A stretch of DNA of 62,047 bases, filler included, from Choristocarpus tenellus KU-1152 (Eukaryota > Protista > Phaeophyceae): NCBI GenBank assembly GCA_964200185.2. It is 11 parts of 11 records of this genome, joined end to end, with 100 filler letters (N's around TTAATTAATTAA, not from the genome) between each part and the next. Parts side by side here need not be neighbours in the genome. Positions count along the whole stretch, not along the records: positions 8,802 to 11,616 come from CAXNAD020024515.1; positions 11,717 to 14,323 come from CAXNAD020026329.1; positions 14,424 to 17,718 come from CAXNAD020020970.1; positions 17,819 to 20,909 come from CAXNAD020022385.1; positions 21,010 to 31,689 come from CAXNAD020002791.1; 6 more parts are not named here. The stretch is one strand, 5' to 3'. Under the pieces are notes generated by a model that did not search any database, was not told where the DNA came from, and saw only the letters and a list, made by a program, of their open reading frames with translations. The position numbers and the translations under genes are program-made. Below are positions 11,270 through 24,339 of the stretch, piece after piece (the first letter of the stretch is position 1; each line of letters begins with the position of its first letter).

Positions 11270-11557
11270 CACTCGTTGTAAGACTATAGAAGGATGATGG
11301 TTCACTCGGAGCCACAGATGCCATCACACCCACAGAGACGACGAGGCCAAGCAGAAGGAAGTCCCGCGGACGACGAAGGTGATCCAGAACCATCAAGGAG
11401 ACCACCAGACCAGATGAAAAAAAAAACACATCCAGGCTATCGTAGGGAGCTACCAAGAATCCTAAGTGTTAAGGTGAATACTGAGTAGTCTCTCCAGTTT
11501 GAAGAGTCTCGGTAGGACCTCCATGTTACAGCGCGCCCCAGAAAGCTTACCTCCACA
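11270..11557 (+). repeat. Unclassified dispersed repeat, copy 1
   Basis: Homologous to the reverse complement of ~37819-38375, e.g. ATCCAGGCTATCGT-GGGAGCTACCAAGAATCCTAAGTG and CTCTCCAGTTTGAAGAG. Confidence 0.8.
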
Positions 11558-11716
11558 GGATGTATAGCTCCAATGTACGGGCCTATAGATGATACTGATG
11601 TACGTATAGGACTCCTNNNNNNNNNNNNNNNNNNNNNNNNNNNNNNNNNNNNNNNNNNNNTTAATTAATTAANNNNNNNNNNNNNNNNNNNNNNNNNNNN
11701 NNNNNNNNNNNNNNNN

Positions 11717-14256
11717 CCTGCAAACATAGTCAATACCAAACACTCTCACACTATTTCTGCAACATCTCTATCCGGGCCTGAACGAACGCGTCTTGATAAT
11801 GCGTTGAAACCTGCTTTTACTAACACTACTTTCTCTTCATCTCAAATACACGAAACATTGAATCTTTGTGCCAAATTCCGTCAGTATTTTCCCTCGATAC
11901 CCCTGAATTGGGAACTTGCACCATTGCGGAAGCCGATTTTCCTCTCGAACCAGGCACCAGACCTATTAGTCGAGCACCATATCGCACTAATCCACAAGTG
12001 AGAGGTATTACTGATAAATGTGTTGAAGATTTACAAAACCAAGGATTGATTGAACCTCGGTCTAGCCCATGGGGTTCCTCTGTTACTATTGTTGCTAAAG
12101 CAGATGGGACCCCAAGATTTTGCATTGATTATCGGCGGACCATAAATAAACACCTAATTAAACGTTCTTGGCCCATGCCTTTAACTGAAGAACATCTTAA
12201 TTCCATTGGTGCAGCAAAATTTCTTTCTGTTGCAGATGTTCAATCAGCATATCATCAGATTCCTGTGGCGGAAGCAGGCATTGACAAGACTGCTTTTGTC
12301 ACCCACAAAGGCAAGTTTGTATGGAAACGACTTCCTTTTGGTTTGAGCAATGCTCGATATATTTTTCAGCGCATGATGGCTCGAGCTCTATCTGATTTTG
12401 GCACGGGATCAGGTCTGTTATGTTACATGGATGATCTCATTCTTTGTTCTGCCACTTGGCACCACCATATAACTTTGCTTAAGAAGCTTTTTGTGGCCCT
12501 TCAAAATGCTGGTCCAGCAGAATTTGAATACCTTGGTCATATTGTTTCTAGTGCAGGGGTACGTCTTGGAAAAGCTCGAATTCAAGCTACTGTTGACATA
12601 CCCACTCTTCGAACAATAAAGGACATTCGTTCTATCCTTGGTATGTGCAATTTTTGTCGAAAATTCATCCCACATTATACAGACCTGACAGAAACCCTTC
12701 TAAAATTCACACGCAAAGAGTTTGTCTCACGTCCTTCTGTTGAAATTAGAAATGCATGGACATCAATTCACGATACCGCGTTAGAAAAAAGTAAAATGGC
12801 ATTAACATTGGCTCCCCTTTTTTTACACTATCCAGACTTCTCAAAATCTTTTGTGGTACATGTGGATGCTTCCAACCTGGGTAGTGGTGGTTTTCTTGCT
12901 CAAAAGGTTTCAGATGATCCGACAAACACCTCACTGAATATTGTGGCTTACTTCAGCAAGAAATTGATGGAGCACAACGAAATTATTCAGCTACATATAA
13001 AGAATGTTTAGCAGTAGTCCATGCCTTTAGCCACTGCCGTCCATATCTTTGGGGCCGACATTTTGATTTATTCACGGATCATGCGGCACTCAAATATCTG
13101 TATTACGTGCAAGACACAGAAAATATGTTGACACGTTGGGCTCTTGCTCTCCAATGTTTTGACTTTACAGTCCATCACAAACGTGGCAGAGGCAATGTTG
13201 TACCTGATGCCCTTTCTCATCTTTTTGATATTGAGATTGATCGTATGCCAAAAGTACTTTCTCCTATTTGCAGTCCTGAATATTCCGGAAAACACTACTC
13301 CAAATGCGGTAACCCCACATCAAGCATACGAAATATATCCAGACCGCCTTCATGAATTAGATATAATTCAGAGTGACTGCGAACATTTTAGTAGTTCTGT
13401 GAACATCTTTCCAACTCTAGACCACACCAAAATTCGTGAAGCACAAATAAAACAATTTTCTTTTTACTTTGCGTATTTACAAGCCCCTGATTCAGTGTCT
13501 TTACCTCCCCGTGAATCGAGGTATAGCATGTAATATTTTTATGTTGATGCTGGCACTAACTTACTTTGCCGATCATATTTTCCAGGGTGTATACAAAAAC
13601 ACCGTGCTTTTCGTGGTCAATTAGTGGTTCCAAAATAATTACAATCTTTGGTCTTGCATGCTTGCCATGACCATCCCCCTTCGGGAGGTCATTTCGGTCT
13701 TTCTCATATTCTTGACAAGGTACGAGATCGGTATTGGTGGCCTATGTTTCAAAAAGATGTTAGAGAATGGTGTGATAGATGTCAACTTTGCCAAAGACGG
13801 AAAACCTCTCACAGACGTCCTACATTACCTCAAGGACAAATTCCTGCCACTCGACCATTTGGACGGATTGCTGTTGATCTTGTACAATATAAAACCATTT
13901 CCCGTGGTTGCCGTTATGTTCTTTCGGCTATTTGTCAGTTGACATGCTTTGCTTTTGTCATTCCCATTCCAGACAAACAAGAAGTGACCATTGCCAAAGT
14001 TTTGTTTGAAAGGATATTTTGAATATTTGGGGCACCCGAAATCCTTCACTCTGACCAAGGTTCGGAATTTGAAAATAAATTTGTTCTGGAATTGCAGACA
14101 GTGTTTGGGTACCATAAAACTCTAACCACACCCTACAGACCACAGAGTAACTCTGTCTTAGAGCGTGTTCATTCTACTCTGCATCAAATGTTATCTATGT
14201 ACGATAACATTGCAGAGAATAATTTGGGCACCACCTGTTGTTCCATTCCTTCAATT
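11717..14256 (+). mobile_element. pol: Decayed Ty3/Gypsy LTR retrotransposon pol (RT-RNase H-integrase)
   Basis: SPWGS..RFCIDYR, KTAFVT..LPFGL, YMDD (RT); HVDAS..G..L.Q, VAYFSK, FTDH.AL (RNase H); H..GGH..C..CQ zinc finger, IAVDL, HSDQGSEF, YRPQSN..ER (IN). Domain order is Gypsy-type. Stops and frameshifts present; no LTRs in this block. Confidence 0.95.
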
Positions 14257-14323
14257 AACAGCCGATTTCAAAAATTGAGGATGGAGCTTTTTATTGAGGA
14301 TGGGCTTGACCCAAAATTGACTG
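14257..14323 (+). mobile_element. Terminus of a third repeat family inserted in the Gypsy integrase
   Basis: AACAGCCGATTTCAAAAATTGAGGATGGAGC..., almost identical to the reverse complement of 53322-53387. Contains ATTGAGGATGG twice. Confidence 0.7.
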
Positions 14324-15506
14324 NNNNNNNNNNNNNNNNNNNNNNNNNNNNNNNNNNNNNNNNNNNNTTAATTAATTAANNNNNNNNNNNNNNNNNNNNN
14401 NNNNNNNNNNNNNNNNNNNNNNNATTTGATCATCAGTTGATGTATCATGTATGGCACGTATGATAAGTAGATATGATTATTTTCTGATTATCCATGTGGA
14501 CGTTACAAATCCCGCATGGTAGGCTGCACTGGTCTTACCCACCTTCTCGGTCATCGGAGTAGAGACCACAAAGGCCCTAGCAACGTTAACATTGTTAATC
14601 TATACCAAGCTGTTCTTTGTCCTTCATTAAAGCACCATCTAAAAGTCGCGGGTCCAGTGTGGGATAGTTCAACACAGATAGCCATACTTGACTAGTTCGT
14701 TGGGCAGTTGACATAGTGGATATTGTCGAGGTAGGTGTGGGGGTCATGCTTCCTATGGCTACAGTGTCCAAGTTCCTTGGAGCTGAAGACAGCCAGGGCG
14801 CACTCTCAGGGTAACTCAGGTACTTCAGAATCGGTCGGGCTGCTTGCAAATAGTGGCGGAAACTCCAAGTCCTGCATCGTGGCAAGGTGGTGCAAATGGG
14901 AATCTGTCAAGGCTACCATTGTACGAGACTCATTCGCTGGGGTAGTATTTTGCTTCTCTTGGGAAAGATGCGCAAAGTAACCCTTAGGTACTACGGAGTC
15001 GTCGTGAGTACACCTGCACCTGCGGCCGATAGATTTGAAGCAGTCATGACCGAAAGCATGATGGAAACAAACTCGATGTGCCTTGAGCCACTCGATAATC
15101 TCATCTTGGGAGGCAGATGGTGAAGGTAAATCCTTCCCTGAATGGTGTCGACCTGCATCGCTTGCTCTGTCTGTGGTTAAAGAGGACGTGGATCGGGGCA
15201 CAGACTGGGTGGCGGGTGTTGCTGGTCGAACAGGTGCGGATACATTGCTCGTAGAAATGAAGGTGGTCCCGTGTTTCCCAGGAGCAGAAGCAGGTTGGTT
15301 TGTCAACGCAGCACAGACAATGGGCAGGGGTTTGGGGGACAAAACAGGTTGGAGCATCGGTGCGAGGGCCGCCAGCACACTGTTGACCACCTCTTGGTAT
15401 GGTGGTGGATTCTGGCTTGGCACCTCCTGCGGCAAGGATGTCCTGCTATGTTGGGGTAATTCCGGTTCCTGTCTGCCTATCGGGGTTTCAACTGGGGCAG
15501 ACAAAG

Positions 15507-15762
15507 GAGTGGAAGTATCTTCGAGGGTACGAGTTTTGCTCTGTTTGTCCATTTGGGACTTGGTTTCCCATGTTTTTAATATGACATTTTCCTACTCCAA
15601 AATTTAGGGGTAGGTAAAATGTATACGTTATGAAAAGGTATGTCTGAAGCGTGGATATTGACACTTCCTAAAAATCATGATAGCCAAAAATTACATCAAA
15701 TTGCAACATTGGATTTCGGTCCTCAAACGGACACAGCTCTACCCTCTAAGATACTTTGGCTT
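15507..15762 (+). mobile_element. MITE family 1
   Basis: Both TIRs present. TSD AAAG at 15503-15506 and 15763-15766. Confidence 0.9.
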
Positions 15763-15815
15763 AAAGGGTCGGACATCCTTGCAAAAATAGCACGAGAGTT
15801 AGCCATGCTACCTAA

Positions 15816-16074
15816 GACTCAAAGTATCTTAGAGGGTAGGACCGCGTCCATTTGGGGACAATAATCCAATGTTGCGATTTTGATTTAATTTTGGCTACCA
15901 TGTTTGTTAGGAAGTGTCAGTATCCTTGTTCCGGACATACCTTTTCATAACGTATACGTTTGACCTACTCCAAAACATTTTGGAGTGGAAAAATGTCATT
16001 AAGAAACCCATGGGAAGCCAAGTCCTAAATGGACAAACATGGCAAAACTCGTACCCTATAAGATACTTCAACTC
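15816..16074 (-). mobile_element. MITE family 1
   Basis: Both TIRs present, opposite orientation to the copy 53 bp upstream. TSD imperfect. Confidence 0.9.
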
Positions 16075-17515
16075 TAAAGCAGTAGGTGTCGTGATGCAGG
16101 TCTTGTAGCATTTTGATTGGTTGGGACAAATGCGTACTGGTTGCTACGATTGGACAATTATTCGATAAGATTGTGAAAGATCCGTTCAGCTATAATTCCC
16201 CGCTGTACTATTTCATCTCCTAAAGGATTATTCTGGGAAATTGCCAGTGGGCGAATTTGGTTTCGAATCTCCTTTCGAAATGAAAATGCCATCGACTGTA
16301 ATCCAATGTGATCATTGGGAAGAAGAAATGGAAGAGCTTGTTCGCATAGATCAATGAGTTGGTCTTCAGCTATCTACCCCCAAAAGAAAGTTGTCTCACA
16401 AACATGAGGCATCTGCGAATGTACGGTGTATGCTTGATAATATAAGACAAGCCGGCTGGCTGCCGCTTTCCACGATTCCCCACTCTTGGTCCTTAAAGAA
16501 CTCATTGCGTTTTTTATGGTATTCTTCGACTGACTCTACGAAAGAGTGCATTCTCTCACCAGGATACAAACCCACTCAAGTCATTGTCATGTCTTCCCGA
16601 GGAACCCGAAGGAGTTGTCCGGTGACACTCTGGACTTCCACTGTAGATGAGTTGAGTCGCTTAGGAGATTACTGTGGGTGCTAAGAGAGTCAGAGACAGT
16701 AGTTGCTCAAGAAGCTCGATGCGGAAAGGAGTAAGGGCATCACTACGTGGACGTGATGTATTACGATAGTGGACATGATCTTTGGGTAAGGCCAATGATC
16801 CTCCTTGAACCCTCCCTAAAGCCTTGGTAAGAGCGTCAGCGAAAAAAACGAGATTATTTAACATGGTTGGGGCGGAGTTATCTGCAGGTACTCCAAGAAA
16901 GACGGAGCCGTTGGCAGGGTCTCCGAGTTTCTTTTGAATGTGTTCCATGGTTTTAACTCAATCGGTCTCGCTACTGCCTATCGGATTGTGACTCATTTGA
17001 CTCAGCTCATGTACGCAACTCATGAATTTCTCTTCGTAACTATGCCTCAACCTCTCTGGACCGACGTACCGTACTCAGGCTATTCCTTCGAGATGGTCTG
17101 GGTGATACAGACCTGTGTGAAGAATAATAATAACTGGTCCGACGGTGACGACGTGGTGAACGGGTGCGGCCTCTGCGTTCTTCTCTGGTCCTCCGTCTGT
17201 GTCAATGAGAGCGCCTGTCCCGGGATCTCGACCTGGAGCGGGGGATCTGCTACGAGTGGAAGACCGAAAACGAACGCCCTCTCTGCGCCTGCCTCGACGT
17301 TCAGCAGCGTGGACACGGCTGCGACCAGAATTGCCTTGAGTTGTGGTACTGGGCTGGAGTCTCTCGGAACCATCGATTCCTTGGAGGATCTGTAGGTCGG
17401 AGGTGACCTTGACTTCTCGCGAATACTGTGAGCCAGACATGTGTGTGAACCTGGGGGATAAAGGGCAAGATGGCCACCAAAAGAGAACAGAAATGTATGA
17501 GTAAAGGAACGCAGA

Positions 17516-17699
17516 GGGTCAATGTATCTGGCGGGGGGTGACGGCTGTCCATTTGTGGCCAAATTTTTCATGTCGCGATTTTTTGGTGATTTGGTTGTGT
17601 ACTTCGGATGGATGATGTAAGTGCACTTTTCCTGGCTATGGTCGAAATGGACACACTGGTATAGACCCCCCCCCTCCCCCCCCCCAGATACTTTGGGTC
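17516..17699. mobile_element. MITE family 2
   Basis: GGGTCAATGTATCTGG... / ...CCAGATACTTTGGGTC. Body homologous to 10302-10477. Possible TSD CAGA with a 1-nt boundary ambiguity. Confidence 0.85.
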
Positions 17700-20600
17700 A
17701 GAACAATTGACTATCTAGNNNNNNNNNNNNNNNNNNNNNNNNNNNNNNNNNNNNNNNNNNNNTTAATTAATTAANNNNNNNNNNNNNNNNNNNNNNNNNN
17801 NNNNNNNNNNNNNNNNNNTATGTTGTTTAAATTCATGGGGGGGTTGCGGGAAATCTCATTCACCAACATAAAAAGATCATCACAGCCTTCCAGTTCATAC
17901 TACATACTCTTCTAGTGGATTTCCCTTTGCAGTTCACGCCTTGGGGAATGCACAAGTTTATCTGAGTGCCCAAGTCTTGTGCTCAGTTTCATTCTTAGCT
18001 GGAGCTCACAATTGGTCCCAGAGTGCAAGGCGTATGCCTGTGTGCGTATGTTTGCGTCATAGAATCACAAATCTGGATAAAGGATCTGCACATTGGTGCA
18101 AGCATGCGGTGTTTTGCCTCTTTTTAGCAAAGCGGGTTGAACATTAATTGTAGGGGATTAAAAAGTGGTCAACCAAATACACAATATCCTCTAGAGGGCT
18201 GGGGGATACGTGTGCGCTCACTGCATGAGCAAAATGTTTTGTGTATTGCATCATAGTTCAGCTGGGCCTTGCCCTTACATTTGGTTGTGTCCTTCAACTT
18301 ATTCTTGCAGTCCTTATCCCTACACTAGACTTCCTAGAAGAAAGCAAGGGCCTACTTTCCTCCCATAAGAAAATTCCAAGGGCATCCACTATGGCATGAG
18401 CACAAACACAAGATGCCACACAAAATGAGAACCAATAACCTCCCACATCCACACGCCCTCTCTTGATATGCGAATAGGCACAAGACACACAAAAATAAAG
18501 GTTATCATCCCTGACCTTTCTGTGCAGACCACCACCTTCAAGGGCTTCAAGAGATGAAACACCAAACCAAGTCTCCTCATGCTGCTTGAGAACCTCTCCA
18601 GAAGGCAATTCCGAGGCATCCACAAACACGACCTTGCGAGGGATGTCTCTATGCATCTGCCCTCCTCCTCGCTCCTGCACTTGACTTTGACATTCCACGC
18701 CCTGGTCTATGCTCCCCGTTTCAGGGCATCCTCTTGCCTCAGACTTACCATCCCCGCCCACTACCTGTCCAACTTGAGAGAGGATGGCGCAGCCATGCAT
18801 CCCACCCCCGACAACAGCAGAGTGCACCTCTGCAAAGGAATGTAAATTCCCTCCAGGATCTATGTGAGCTTGCAGCGCTACACGTTGAGATGCCAGATGG
18901 GTGTTGCTGCTGTGAAATGAGGGCTCAGAGTGGGGGGAAACAAGTGTGGCCAGATGGTTGGCAGCTCACCTAGGTTTAAGGACACAAATCACGTGTGGAT
19001 GCAAGGACGTGGATCTTGCTGCGCTGGCACTACCAATGATGAATTGGTCCATCAACTCACCATTCATGCGTCATATGTTTTGTCAACACAGTCGAAAACT
19101 CTTGCGCGGTTGTAGAGGTCTTAGGAAGGTGCAACCAGGCTACGTCGCTTTTCTCTTCCTGCCCACTGCCTCGGGCAACGAAGCATGCTGGATCCCTGTT
19201 GCCATACTCGGGGCAGGAAAACTGCGCCCAGGGCCTGGAGGCTTCAGCATTAACTATAAAGGCCCAACTGACATCTGGCCACAGTGTGTCCATCACATGG
19301 GACAGGGTTTCAACACAAGCCAGATGCTGCCATGAAGAGTCCACTGAGTGAGTCATCCTCGGCCAGAACCCTGTGACCTCTGTCGGAACATCTCTGAAGC
19401 ACATGCCAGTCCGTGATTGTGGTACTGACTCTGCTTCATCCGAATATGCATCCGATGAGAAACAATGTTCTGGTTTACGGGTGAGGCACATCACATGGAC
19501 ACCTGGGACAAGCCCTGTGGAATGCTGGAAGCGACCGCTTGCCAGGGCTGCTGTTAAAAGAAGCGAATCTGAATGGAAGTTATTAACCGTGGAGTTTTCC
19601 AAAGGCAATTCCTCTTTGAGGTTGTCGGGAATTCGCTCCTCACCAGGCACAACAAATACTGATATAGTATCCACCATGCCACTCTCGGCTACGTTTGCCT
19701 GCTGGCCATGCAAGACATAAGAGAAGGGTCCCGCGAATGGGAAATGAGGGGACGGGAGTGACCTCACTTCGGGATTCAATAGGCCATACAGGGATCAAGA
19801 TGATCGTGGGTATCTCCCATCACCTAAAATAGACAGCCCCACACACTACCCTGTAATCGATCTTGCCTTGTACTCTTGGCTCCATGCCCAATCCTGGCTA
19901 AGGGTGGCAGAACCATCCACATCGAACCAAAGCGTTTTTCCTTCCTCCCGTGGTGCATGTCGTAGACTTCCTGAATAGCGAACAACGGTATTGCTCTCTC
20001 TCATTGTCTGTACCTCGCAAGTACTCATTTCAAAGTTGCAAGTTCTTTTCAAAACCCACACCCCCTCAAAAAAATAAAAATGAAATAATGGAGTACTTGT
20101 TTATGGAGCATAGTTCTGTGTGATGGGGGTTACCCAAGGTGTCGTTCAGGAAGGAAGTGAGAAATGGGGTTGAGACATGCTCAGTATCAAGTTGATCAAT
20201 CTTCACTATGATTGACTGCAATCAGTCAGAGCAGAAAACACAATCGACGTATTTGCTGCTTTTAATCCACTGCTTATGTTGGGATACTGCAAGCCAGTTA
20301 TGCATCTGACCCATACTCTATCACCTTAACCGTTTCGATGGCAAAAGTTGACCCGCACAAATGCGTATGACTGTACTGTGGGCATTATCCACGTCAGTAA
20401 GTATATCAGCGAACACAGAGTGAGGACTTCCCCTGACATACTTTTATAATAATGGTAATATGGTAGCCTCACAACACCCAAGGCCCTCAGGATGGTCAAG
20501 ACTGTACGTACATGTCCACATTGATCAAAAGAAAGAGGATTCTCCAAAAAGGAGAAAGCACCATCTCTCTCCAATGCAATGCACACCACCAACTACTACA

Positions 20601-20879
20601 GTCCATAGATACTATTCTGGTAACACTAGAGACATAACTGGTGGAGTAGGTAATAGGTTCGAGAGGAAGTGGTATATAGATCTACCTACCAACATACTAT
20701 TCTGTTGTCAGGAGATCTGTTTGTTTATCTATGGCGCACAATGTACTAGATATCTACATTAATTGATGTCCACCGACTAGTTCTAGATGTGCTCATAGTG
20801 CTGAACACAAGTGCATAGGTTATTCGTAGGTACTAGTTAGTGTGGACGATTGCAAACCCCACTCTACTGAAGCCTTTGC

Positions 20880-21116
20880 CAGAGTATCTGGGGGGGGGAG
20901 GGTCTACACNNNNNNNNNNNNNNNNNNNNNNNNNNNNNNNNNNNNNNNNNNNNTTAATTAATTAANNNNNNNNNNNNNNNNNNNNNNNNNNNNNNNNNNN
21001 NNNNNNNNNCAACCAAATCACCCAAAAATCGTGACACGAAAAAATTGACCCCAAGTGGACAGCCGCTACCCCCTCCCAGATACTTTGAGACTCTACCCTC
21101 TAAGATACTTTGGCTC
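20880..21116. mobile_element. MITE family 2 ends on both sides of a gap, followed by a family-1 TIR
   Basis: AGAGTATCTGGGGG..GTCTACAC before the gap. CAACCAAATCACC...CCCAGATACTTTGAGAC after it, then TCTACCCTCTAAGATACTTTGGCTC. Confidence 0.75.
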
Positions 21117-24100
21117 TTGCATTTTGTTGAAGAACATGGATAGACGATCTCTTGCTTAAACCTCCCTCCTCTCCCCTCCTCCCTGATAAAATAGGTTGAT
21201 AAGACTTGAGGTGTTAGTGCACTTCGGCAAAGTGCATAGTGTTGGCCCTCCTATACTTCATCTAACATTTTTTTCTTGCTCTATGGTAGGCAATCCTTTC
21301 CTACTTCAAGTACTTAAAGCATGTAAGTACGAAATAATTCTCTCCACTTCGTGGCAAGCATTTGAGTCAACTCATCTGGGAGGTATACACGGTTACATTT
21401 TAAGGATCATGAGAAGATACAAAAAAAAATACAATTTGCACAATTACGGAAAGAGACGTTGCTGGATTGTGGTGTGACTTTGATCGTGTAAAGGGGGAGT
21501 ATGAATTTTGCGTACACTGAGTTTAAGCAAACGAGAGGTACGCGCAGTTACATTTAAAGGTGGTGACAAAAATGTGTTAAATACGTCTTTTTTTTTTACA
21601 AATGTAGGTAAGATATTTTCGAAGTACTGTCGAAAAGTTAAAGGTAATAAGAAATCAACCCTCTCAACACAAACTTAGCACTTGATCCATAGAAATATGG
21701 GTGAATCGAAAAAGATTGAAAAACTGATCTATAATACAAAACGGGAAAACCTGGGTACCTCTCGCTTAGTTTGGGTCACTATTGTACATACAAAGCTACG
21801 AGATAAGGTGTATCGCACAGGGTAACAAAGGTGGCGTAGAATGCAAGAGGGCCCAAACCTGCCTACCTCTCAATTGGTTCCACTCGCTTAGGAAATGCTG
21901 CAACAAATTATAGCATGCACACAATACCACCCTTTGCATAAACTCCACGGTTGGTCTAAAACATACACACAAAACAGAAAAACGTTCAATTTATAAGCGT
22001 CACACTTTACACTGTTCTCCCTCACAGTCCTCATACTGTGAGCCAAATCAATGGAGAGGTAGGCAGGTTTGGACCCTTTTGCATTCTAAGTCATCCTTCC
22101 TGACCTGTGCAATACACTCTATTTCATTGCTTAATGTACTTAATAGTTTACGCAAAATTGATGTTCCCCTTTCCACAAATACTACAGATAAGCAAAAGCT
22201 CTTTTTTGTAATCGTACAAAATGGTGTGTTTGTGCCCTTCCTCGGGATCCTTAGAAAATGCAACCCTGCTTAACTCTCGATTGGTTGACTCTGTCCTCGG
22301 GAGTATTACCTTCGTGCTTTGCATGATGGGTTCAGGAACATGTTGGTCTTCTAAACACGTTGTTGTGGGTATTGCACACTCTCACACACTCACACATTAT
22401 GTTTTTAGTGACCCTCTACATTCGATACCGGCCTAAGGAATCAAAAACCAATTTTGTTCATTGTCTTGGTCTGTTTGTTGGCATTTCACAGCCTATTCTC
22501 TCCTTTCTTTTTCCCCTTTTATCCCGTTCTCCCTCGCCTGAAGGGGTAATCCTCAACACATAACTTGATAATGACATCCTTGATAAAAGTTCACTCAGCG
22601 ATATTGCGGATATTCCCACTGAAATCCAACCTTGCATTCAGAGGGCATGATGGCCCTCCAAGAAGTACAGCAAAGAGCCACCTGACAGAGAAGTAGGTGT
22701 ATCACCTGAGTTAAAGATTCCATTTACTAAAATCCAAAGCACTAGAGACCTTGCTGTATGACTACATGACGGGGACACTCAAGAAGGTCCACTACCACAC
22801 CCAGCTCCGTGCACAACATTGCAAATTCCTTAGGTGTTGTATTAGGTTCCGCAATGGAAACATACGGACCATTACATGTCTTTCAGCGAAGCTCTTAAAG
22901 AGAACCGGATGTGAGAGCATTAAGGTTAGTATTCACAAACGGAGGCTACTATGCTTAGGTCAAGAACAAGAACTTAAGGGTCAGAGAACTCGTTGAGAAA
23001 CCTAAAGGATAAAGGGGTGGTCCATCTAAAGAAGAAATATGGTGGTGCCTTCAAGTATGGCCTATTAAGCTTTCGGCATTGCAGTTGATCAGTGTGTTTC
23101 ACTCGCAAAAGACTCAAAATAGATGGCATAGATGAGTGGAGGGTGGAGCAAAATACTTCACGGATGCCTGGCATGCTGCTAAGGTCGAAATTGCCGCAGC
23201 CCCTCACACGAAAGTAGTATTTGCTATCAACCGTGTCGACTAATGCCTGCTGGGCTTCTCTTTTTCCTTCTTCAGAGGGGAAGGGGACTAGTTTCTTTGC
23301 TTATCCAGGTATTCTTGGTGTTGACGGTAGTAGGCTGTATGTAGCAGGTGGAATAACTTGGCGTATAAATGATTGGTATGAGTGCGTATGGATTATATGT
23401 CCTCCTTTTTGAGGGAATTATAGTGCTTGATGGTGGAGATCCTTAAATTTCGCTTTTCGATTATTTTATTCTCTGTTTGGAGTTGACTGATGTATCTACG
23501 TTGTTGGAAGTACGTCCTATCTATTTTCCACTCTTTTACAATACAATCCTAAGTCGAGAATGATCCATATTAGCTCCTTCTCGTCCATATCACATGCATA
23601 TTGTTCTTTTGATTATCGCTCCAGCACATTTCGAACTACTAGTTGTGTGATAAGCAATCAATCAATCAATCAATCAAAGTACTCCAGAGTATTCACAACA
23701 AGATAGGGAGAGTGGCACATATAGATATCACAGGTGCTACATCAATTTCAACATACACTCTCAACCATTCTCAATTTGTGTGGGATTGAACGCATATAGT
23801 ACCGATGGACTTACCGATACTAAGGAACAGATGTAGGACCTAATATCATACGTAACCTCTTTTCTACCCCCACCCTCTCTCTACTGCCTTCTCTCCTGTG
23901 GAATATGGAATTTCTTACGATATCATGTCCATGACGTTATGGAACATGGAACCTGTTCAATTGGTTTCTTGGGTATCATTGAGAACGGACAAATCAATAC
24001 GATAAAATTGCGCCTCCTTTCTTTCAACACGATAAAACGTTGATGTTAGCTGTCGTTACTCAGAAAAGTCAGAGTTTGAACTAAAAACCCGACAAACCGC

Positions 24101-24339
24101 TCGCCCAGAGCTGTCAATGATGGGCTCCAAGCAAAACATTTTTTTCTAAATTCCTTTTTTCGCGGCTCGCTCAACATAAACATTCTAGAACATTCTCTCC
24201 AATCCACTACCCATTGTCCTGTGAACCACACCTGACGGGAAAAAAAACACGCGGGTTGTTGGTGGAAGGATCACACGAAGGAGAGGCCGTGACCTCTGGG
24301 CTCAGTACCTAACAGTCTCACACAAGGAACACAAGCAGG

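Larger units (their letters stand above)
14560..17440 (-). mobile_element. Probable decayed retroelement gag/protease region, interrupted by two MITEs
   Basis: Broken minus-strand ORFs with a Pro/Ser-rich segment, a C-x8-C-x7-C-x3-H finger (CFHHAFGHDCFKSIGRRCRCTH), then LDTVAIGSMTP resembling a degenerate Copia-type aspartic protease motif. No RT visible. Confidence 0.45.
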
